Shown in pieces: positions 57,630-64,000 of a stretch of DNA of 64,000 nt. Each line of letters opens with the position of its first letter. Within the stretch, counting starts at the first letter, position 1. Made by a program: the position numbers and the translations under genes. Origin of the DNA: Candidatus Hydrogenedentota bacterium. GTDB taxonomy: Bacteria; Hydrogenedentota; Hydrogenedentia; Hydrogenedentales; JAEUWI01. The stretch is from NCBI GenBank assembly GCA_034669905.1, contig JAXMOL010000011.1, forward strand, positions 1 to 64,000, given 5' to 3'. The notes under the pieces were generated by a model. That model ran no database searches and was not told the DNA's origin. It worked only from the letters and a program-made list of their open reading frames with translations.

Positions 57630-58455
57630 CGCCCCGCGATTGCTGCAACTTCGCAACGCCTTGCACCGTATCCGCGTGGCCTATGGCGTGGAAATCATCA
57701 AGGCAATCCGGCTGCGTCAGACCTACGTCGGGCCCGTGTTGTTGTTCGTGCTGGTTGCTCTGTCGCCCCTGGCCCATCCTTTGCGACAAGACACGTTGGG
57801 CGACTACGCGTTTATCGCATATGTGACCCCGCTGGCCCTGAACTTCCTCGGCTATGTGTTGCTCCTCGCCTATGTGGGGGGACTGCTCGCCACGGAAATG
57901 GATCGGGGCACCCTTCGGACGGTGCTCCTGCGTCCGGTCCATCGCTGCGAAATCTATCTCGCCAAGCTCTTACTGGGTTGTTCCTACAGTCTCCTCTTGA
58001 CCGTCGTGGTGGCGCTCAGCAGCTGGGGCATGGTAATCGCCTTTGGCGATATGTATGGCGTCCAGGTGGGGGGCGTTTTGCGCTATACCAGCGACGAGAT
58101 GTTATGGGCCTACGTTGGTGGGGCCCTTCTGGTCTTGCTCCCCCAGTGGGCTGGTGTCAGCCTGGGCCTTCTTTTCTCGAGCCTTACCCGCAGCACCGGG
58201 ACCGCCGTCAGCCTGAGCGTGGGCACCTGGATCGCCCTGGACCTGATCAAATATCCCCTGGGCATTGACCACCTCGTCTTCAGCACCTACCTGGAATCGC
58301 CCTGGCACGTCTTCATCAGCCAGTGTGACGGGTTGGATGGCCGCTGGTTTCCCATGGCGGGCTACGCGATAGCCACGTCGGCCGTGGTCGCTCTGGCCTC
58401 CACTGCCTGTGGCCTCTTCCTGTTCAGCCGTCGGAATCTCGGCTCATGTGGGTAA
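57622..58455 (+). CDS. ABC-2 type permease
   Basis: Six TM segments, EMDRGTLRTVLLRPV.R...YLAK. Confidence 0.9.
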   Translation: MSSAPRLLQLRNALHRIRVAYGVEIIKAIRLRQTYVGPVLLFVLVALSPLAHPLRQDTLGDYAFIAYVTPLALNFLGYVLLLAYVGGLLATEMDRGTLRTVLLRPVHRCEIYLAKLLLGCSYSLLLTVVVALSSWGMVIAFGDMYGVQVGGVLRYTSDEMLWAYVGGALLVLLPQWAGVSLGLLFSSLTRSTGTAVSLSVGTWIALDLIKYPLGIDHLVFSTYLESPWHVFISQCDGLDGRWFPMAGYAIATSAVVALASTACGLFLFSRRNLGSCG

Positions 58456-59942
58456 TTGCGCTGACCCTTACCCTGGGCCAGATCACCTTTATCGATGCGC
58501 CCTTGAATGACGTATACGTGGGCAATGTCACCCCCTTTACAGGTAAGGTGAACACCAATTTCCTCCATGCCGATGTGAACTACGATGGTCAGTTGGACCT
58601 CATTCTGACAGACAAACTCCTGTTGCAGGAAGATGGGGTCTATGACGAAACCCGGGCCATTCCATTGCCTGCCCCCGCAGGCCCGATGGATGCGGATTGT
58701 TACCGGGGTGCCCTTTTCTATCGGAACTCCCATCAACTCATCGTCTACGAATTTGAGCAAGGGGCCTGGCGCACCGTACTTTCCCAATCGCTGGAATCGC
58801 CCGAGGAACCGGAAGGCTTTACACCCCAGTATGGGAATGCCCCGAAATTAAGTTTTGTACGGTTCCTCCATGACCTGGACGAAGATGGCAGCCCGGAAGT
58901 GATTGCCATCGACCATGGGGGCATTCGCCTCTTTCGCCGGAAGGATGCCCACTACGTGGCGGCCGGGGTCTTGAAACTACCGACGACCATTGCGGTAAGT
59001 CGCTCGGCCCCCCAACCCATCTGGCCCCAGGATGCCCGGAAGATCATGTTTCCTGAACAGCAGATGTCGAGCCGCATCGTCTTCGAGCCGGGGCAGGTGC
59101 GGATGGTTTCGGTGGAAGAACGCCAGGAAACGGCTACCCGCTATATGGTGCAGACCACAAAACTCGTCCTGGATGAGTCGGCCGACTTTCAGGAAGGGGC
59201 GTCCCATCTCACCCGTCCGGAAATGCTCCCCTCCCACCTCCGCCCCTGTCGGCTGAATGACGATGACACCCTCGACTTTGCCGGCGGACGGTGGGTCAAT
59301 GCAGAAACCGGCCCCCTGCCGGCCCCCCTCTATGAGTTGTGGGCCACCCTCGACGGGGGGAAAACCTTTGAAGTGCGGCGGGCCACGGCCCAGACCCAGT
59401 TTCGCCCCCATTGCGCCTTTGTGGACTACGACGGTGATGGGGACATGGATATGGTCACCGAGTCCACCCTTTGGGCCCGGGGCGGCATCCGGGAGCGGGT
59501 CACCCGCTTCCTGACCGAATCCACCCTGGAGCATGGCCTCCACATCTACGAACAGCAGGACGGACACTTCGCGGAATCCCCCACGATTCAGGTCGTGCTG
59601 AACATTGATCTGGAAGGGCCGCCGGCCCAGCCCCAGGCCATGCTCTCCCGCTATGAAGCCGGCAGTCTGGTTCACATCACGGGCGACATGGACGGCGATG
59701 GCATTCGGGATGTTTTCGTCCGCAATGCGCCGGACCAGATGTCCCTCTATCGGGGACTCGGGCGGAAGGGGTTTTCCCGACAGCCCACGTGGTCCCATGC
59801 GATCGCACCGGGAGATGACGTGGCCGTGGCCGATCTCAACGGCGATGGGCTCTCCGATCTCTATGTTTTTCCGCGGGTCCGCCCGGAGAATCCCGAAAGC
59901 CAAAGGGGGCGCGCCTTCTACGCCCAGGGGAACCGCCCATGA
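58446..59942 (+). CDS. FG-GAP/VCBS repeat protein
   Basis: Repeated DxNxDG/DxDGDG motifs. Confidence 0.85.
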   Translation: MWVIALTLTLGQITFIDAPLNDVYVGNVTPFTGKVNTNFLHADVNYDGQLDLILTDKLLLQEDGVYDETRAIPLPAPAGPMDADCYRGALFYRNSHQLIVYEFEQGAWRTVLSQSLESPEEPEGFTPQYGNAPKLSFVRFLHDLDEDGSPEVIAIDHGGIRLFRRKDAHYVAAGVLKLPTTIAVSRSAPQPIWPQDARKIMFPEQQMSSRIVFEPGQVRMVSVEERQETATRYMVQTTKLVLDESADFQEGASHLTRPEMLPSHLRPCRLNDDDTLDFAGGRWVNAETGPLPAPLYELWATLDGGKTFEVRRATAQTQFRPHCAFVDYDGDGDMDMVTESTLWARGGIRERVTRFLTESTLEHGLHIYEQQDGHFAESPTIQVVLNIDLEGPPAQPQAMLSRYEAGSLVHITGDMDGDGIRDVFVRNAPDQMSLYRGLGRKGFSRQPTWSHAIAPGDDVAVADLNGDGLSDLYVFPRVRPENPESQRGRAFYAQGNRP

Positions 59943-61351
59943 TGCTCTCTTACCTGATCGCCCTGGCGGCGGCCGTGGGTGCGCCCATTGAGATCCAGGA
60001 GCTTCCCTGGCGTGCGGGCCAAAGCACCGTTTTTGTGGCGGACTTCGATCTCGACCAGCGGGGCGAAGTTGCCGTGCTCACGGGCAACCGTCTGGAGGTC
60101 TACGAACGCAACCGCCGGGAACCCGTCTACAGCCTGTCTATTCCCGAAGGCACGGCCGTCATGGACGTACTGGATGCCAACCAGGATGGCACGGTCGATA
60201 TCATCGCGGTTTCGGGTGCCGATCTCCTTCGCATCCCCGTAACCCCCGAGGGCGAAGACGGGGCCGCCGTGGTATGTTTTTCACGGGAAAATCAATACAG
60301 CGACTACACGGGCATTCCCTTTCCCGGGGTGCTGGTGGTCATGCGGGAGAAGACGCCGCTGGTGGCCCTGCCCTGCGAGGAGGCCCTGGAATTGCGCACC
60401 CTCGAGGGCAAGCTCGTCGACAGCTACCCCATTGGCATGGCGGCACCGCGCCGCCTTTCCCTCGGGCAACCCTTTAGCGTCTGGGCCAATGCCCACGCCC
60501 AGCTTGCGGCACCGGGTGCGCTGGAGTTTCGTGTCAGCAGCGTGTCGACCTATAAGCCCCTGCTCCCCGATCACTCCCTTCCCATCCGTGTGGCAGCGCC
60601 TTCGGGACGTCTGGGCACGGCACGGCAGCAGCGTGAGGCGGCAACATTAGACGCGGACCGGTGGCCATGGTTTACAGTCAATACCAGCGACACCCGGACG
60701 GTGCGGGCGCTCTACGCGCGCTCCGATGCTCCTGGTGGGGAAACCCTGGTACGGGTCCGCCATGTTCCCACCGATAGCGCAACGGGCAACAACATCAGTG
60801 ACGACACAGGACCGATTCGCCACTATCCGGGGCTCCTACTCCGCCACCCCGACGTGTTACCCGATTTTGACGGGGACGGTTTCAACGATCTTCTGTTGTG
60901 GAAATCCAAGCGAATCGCGCCCACCGTAGATGGGCTGGCCCGGGCGCTGGCCAAGGGTACGTGGCCCATCTGGATCATCGCGCACCGGTACGCCCCGGAG
61001 AAGAAGCGTTTTTCTGAGGTGGCACACGCGCAAATCGAGGTCGCCCTTCCGTTGGGATGGTATCTCAATTCGGGCGGGTCCAACCCCTTTCGCACGGTGC
61101 TGTTGAACGACATGGACGGGGACAAACAGAGTGATTTCGGGTGCCTCGTCGATGAGCATACCCTGGCCATCTGGCGGAGTAACCCTGAGGGCATGCAGTC
61201 GGAACCGGGATTTCAATATCGCTTTCCCGAAGCGATACTGGGTGTGGAGTTTGAAGCGGATTTGGAGGGGCAGGGCAGAAAAACCGTGGTACTACGGAGC
61301 AAGAACCACCTCTACCTCCTGCGCCCCGACACGACCTTTGCACCTAGCTGA
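59939..61351 (+). CDS. Secreted FG-GAP/VCBS repeat protein
   Basis: Signal peptide; DANQDG, DFDGDG, DMDGD motifs. Confidence 0.85.
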   Translation: MMLSYLIALAAAVGAPIEIQELPWRAGQSTVFVADFDLDQRGEVAVLTGNRLEVYERNRREPVYSLSIPEGTAVMDVLDANQDGTVDIIAVSGADLLRIPVTPEGEDGAAVVCFSRENQYSDYTGIPFPGVLVVMREKTPLVALPCEEALELRTLEGKLVDSYPIGMAAPRRLSLGQPFSVWANAHAQLAAPGALEFRVSSVSTYKPLLPDHSLPIRVAAPSGRLGTARQQREAATLDADRWPWFTVNTSDTRTVRALYARSDAPGGETLVRVRHVPTDSATGNNISDDTGPIRHYPGLLLRHPDVLPDFDGDGFNDLLLWKSKRIAPTVDGLARALAKGTWPIWIIAHRYAPEKKRFSEVAHAQIEVALPLGWYLNSGGSNPFRTVLLNDMDGDKQSDFGCLVDEHTLAIWRSNPEGMQSEPGFQYRFPEAILGVEFEADLEGQGRKTVVLRSKNHLYLLRPDTTFAPS

Positions 61352-61356
61352 GGATT

Positions 61357-62247
61357 TCAGCCCGATTCTTCTATCTTCTTAAAGCGTCGTTTCAGGTCTT
61401 TTGCCAGGGCCTCCGCTGCCTGGTCCCGATCGTAGTCTCGGTAGAGCCGGGTCAAATGGAGTGCCGCGCCACGGGCCAGCGCGATGGCGACGTCTTTCTC
61501 CAGGGATTCCGGAAGCTCCAGGGTACCGTCAAGCACCGAATAGTAGAGGGCCTCCGCCTCGGCGCCGCGGCCTGCCCGCTCCTCCAGTTGTCCTCGTAAG
61601 ACCTGCAAGCGGAATTGGGTCTCGCTGCTGAGCTGCTCGGCATCAAAGCCTTCTTCCAGGGCCTGCCGTGCCTCATCGTTCCTGCCGCCCTGCATCAGCA
61701 CCTGCACCGATTTTAATAAGACACTCTGCTCCATCTCCGGGTCACTGGACAGGGCCCGGGCTTCGGCGAATGCTTCCGCAGCTTTATCGTAGTCGGGGGG
61801 ATCCAGCTGCACATAGAGCTGGCCCATGGCCTCATGGATATAGGCGGCTTGCTGGGGGTCGTGGGGCAGGCTGAGGGCCGAAGTCAAGGAACGGATACCA
61901 GCTTCAGGCGAGACCCCGTTGAGGGCCTGTTGGGCCCGGTCATGGGCGGGACCGGAGCGATTGGGGTCTTTGCTGGCGGAAGAGGAAAGGGATTTCACGG
62001 TAAGGGGCGAATCGTCTTCCATTTCGCTGGCTTTACGGGCAATCGCCGCCTCGGGCCCCTTGGTTTCTTTCCGCGCACTGCTCGTGAGCGCAATGGCATT
62101 CTTTCGGGTCGTGCCCGGCTTGGCCTTGAAACGCTGCCCTTTATCGATGGCGGCCGGGTTGGCCAGCCCCCCACCAAAATACACCGCCACGGCCGTAAAC
62201 AGAATGATGCCCGCCACCACGCCAATAACAATTAAGAGCTGTTTCAT
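61357..62247 (-). CDS. Membrane-anchored TPR-like protein
   Basis: N-terminal TM followed by Ala/Leu/Glu-rich helical repeats. Confidence 0.7.
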   Translation of the reverse strand: MKQLLIVIGVVAGIILFTAVAVYFGGGLANPAAIDKGQRFKAKPGTTRKNAIALTSSARKETKGPEAAIARKASEMEDDSPLTVKSLSSSASKDPNRSGPAHDRAQQALNGVSPEAGIRSLTSALSLPHDPQQAAYIHEAMGQLYVQLDPPDYDKAAEAFAEARALSSDPEMEQSVLLKSVQVLMQGGRNDEARQALEEGFDAEQLSSETQFRLQVLRGQLEERAGRGAEAEALYYSVLDGTLELPESLEKDVAIALARGAALHLTRLYRDYDRDQAAEALAKDLKRRFKKIEESG

Positions 62248-62264
62248 CCCGGGGAATCTCCCAG

Positions 62265-63194
62265 TCAGGGTGCGGCGAGGGAGGTTTCTTCTACTTTCGG
62301 CGTCTCCCGACGCAATTCAATGGACTCATCGGGCTCCGAACCTTCCAGGGTCAACGGCGGTGCCGCTTCGTCGTCCATCTTTTCCTGGGGAGACGGCGTC
62401 GGGGCATCACCCTCTTCCAGGGCGCGCACGGTAATGTAATTTCGCACTTCCCGGACGCCCTGAATGCTGCGGGCAATCTGGGCCGCGACGCTCTGCTTCT
62501 CCACCGAGTTCACCGAGCCGGTAAGAATGCAGATACCGTCATCCACTTCCACATCCAATTCCCGGGTGCTGAGATGCCGGTTAAGCAGGAAGGCGGTTTC
62601 CACCCGGGACTCGAGCCACTCATCAGAAAACTGACGGCCCACGCCCAACAGGGGATCGGAAGCATCTTTCGGGCGTACCTGCAGGTTGTTCACCACTTCG
62701 GCGACACCGGCCGTCTCACGGGCAATCTCGCTGATCTTGGAGGCGTGTTCCTCGGAAGGCACGACCCCATACAGGGTCACCACCCCGTTGATCGTGCTGA
62801 TGCCCACCTTCAGCCCCTTGAACTGCCCATTGTAGAGCAACCGGGCCTTCACTGCGGCGGAAGTGGAACGGTCGGCAACCCGCTGTCGCCAGGTGCGCCG
62901 CTCCTTCTCCCCCACCACCGTGTTGATGACGGTCAGCTCGTTATCCACGAAGCGCACGCCCTTTACACTGAGGGCCAGATCTTCGGCAAGTTCTTTCTGC
63001 ACCTCATCGTCGACCGTACCCGTGATGACGACGTTGCCGTTCCGGGTGGTGGTGTTGATGTTAAAGGGGTTCAAATGCTGATTAAGCAAATACAGCGTTT
63101 CGATACGTGCAGTGACCGCGCTGTCTTCCACATCGGTCGCCACCTGCTCTACAGGGGCGCTCAGCATGGAAGCGACCAAAAGTAGGGCTACCAT
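62265..63194 (-). CDS. Triple BON-domain (OsmY-like) protein
   Basis: Three repeats of D..(I/V)...V...L...V....G.V.L.G...A..V.GV..V.N.L. Confidence 0.9.
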   Translation of the reverse strand: MVALLLVASMLSAPVEQVATDVEDSAVTARIETLYLLNQHLNPFNINTTTRNGNVVITGTVDDEVQKELAEDLALSVKGVRFVDNELTVINTVVGEKERRTWRQRVADRSTSAAVKARLLYNGQFKGLKVGISTINGVVTLYGVVPSEEHASKISEIARETAGVAEVVNNLQVRPKDASDPLLGVGRQFSDEWLESRVETAFLLNRHLSTRELDVEVDDGICILTGSVNSVEKQSVAAQIARSIQGVREVRNYITVRALEEGDAPTPSPQEKMDDEAAPPLTLEGSEPDESIELRRETPKVEETSLAAP

Positions 63195-63492
63195 AAGCTA
63201 CGTTTTCCTTGATACTGTGCCAGACGGCTGCTGGCTCGGACAAAGCCACGCTGGCTTGTCACGACATCGCCGGTTACCTTGCTACCGCCTAACTCACGGC
63301 AAGCTAACACCTTGCATCTACATTATAGGCCAGTTGAGGTCGTCTTACAACTTGACGAATTCGTTCACCGATTATTCACCGTGACGTTAATACCCCGAAG
63401 GGCCCCGTGGGTTCCCTTCCCGGGAACACGGGGCATACCACGCCATAACGGCGCCGTCCAATAGCCAGCAACCCCCTGATAGGAAACAGGTT

Positions 63493-64000
63493 GTGAAATT
63501 GAATCACATCGTCCCCTGGGGGCGCTCCTATGACGAGTATCTCGCCATGTTTTCCCTGAAGCCCGACGAGCTCCGCGGACGCCTGCTGGGATGCGGGGAT
63601 GGGCCCGCAGCGTTTAACGCCACCGTGACCGCCAGCGGGGGCAACGTCGTCTCGGTCGACCCCCTTTATCGGTGGACGCGGGGCCAGATCGCCACGCGGA
63701 TTCAGGAAACGGCACCTATTCTCCTGCAGCAGGTGGTGGCCTGCCGGGACCAGTTCGAATGGGACCAGATTCCCTCGCCCGAGGCGCTGCGGGATACCCG
63801 CCTGGCGGCGATGGATGTATTCTTGTCGGACTACGAAGCAGGTCGCCGAGCACTCCGCTACGTCACGGCCTCCCTCCCACACCTGCCGTTTCCCCCGGGG
63901 CACTTTGAGCGGGTGCTCTGCTCCCATCTGCTCTTCACCTACTCCGGGCACCTCGACTTGGCATTTCACCTGGCCGCCCTGCGCGCCATGGTCAGGGCGG
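63493..64000 (+). CDS. SAM-dependent methyltransferase (truncated by the window end)
   Basis: GTG start; IVPWGRSYDEYLAMF...LGCGDGPAAFN...SVDP...LCSHLLFTY; open to the end of the window. Confidence 0.8.
   Translation, partial: MKLNHIVPWGRSYDEYLAMFSLKPDELRGRLLGCGDGPAAFNATVTASGGNVVSVDPLYRWTRGQIATRIQETAPILLQQVVACRDQFEWDQIPSPEALRDTRLAAMDVFLSDYEAGRRALRYVTASLPHLPFPPGHFERVLCSHLLFTYSGHLDLAFHLAALRAMVRA

Noticed and set aside
56727..61351. ABC transporter plus FG-GAP operon as a novel system
   Set aside because: It lies outside the island, has host-like composition and shows an ordinary domain combination

Overview
The window holds a complete ~51.8 kb integrative element (3283-55092) inserted into the 3' half of a tRNA-Val(CAC) gene. 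It is bounded by a 50-bp direct repeat, and each end carries a paired integrase arm-type site. The host flanks are visibly more GC-rich: a hybrid sensor kinase on the left; a carbonic-anhydrase-like gene, an ABC transporter with two FG-GAP proteins, a TPR-like protein, a BON protein and a methyltransferase on the right. The backbone looks like a satellite (P4/PICI-like): tyrosine integrase, AlpA/Xis-like HTH proteins, a Prim-Pol/SF3 primase-helicase, iteron repeats and an SSB-like gene. I see no capsid, terminase, relaxase or T4SS genes. Most of the cargo appears defensive. (1) A 2567-aa protein with two sacsin-like GHKL ATPase domains is translationally coupled to a SNF2 helicase. (2) A phosphatase / ADP-ribosylglycohydrolase / NERD-helicase / TY-Chap-like operon follows. 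(3) A type 1 BREX locus carries an extra m5C methyltransferase, a GmrSD-like gene, a NucS-like nuclease and a readable pglZ::pglX recombination scar. Several non-coding motifs recur across the element: palindrome GTTAWGCGCWTAAC (5 copies), palindrome ACCGAATATYCGGT (3), a ~60-bp promoter-like element (3) and an ~88-bp origin-like unit (3). All family calls come from motif recognition by eye; no database searches were run.
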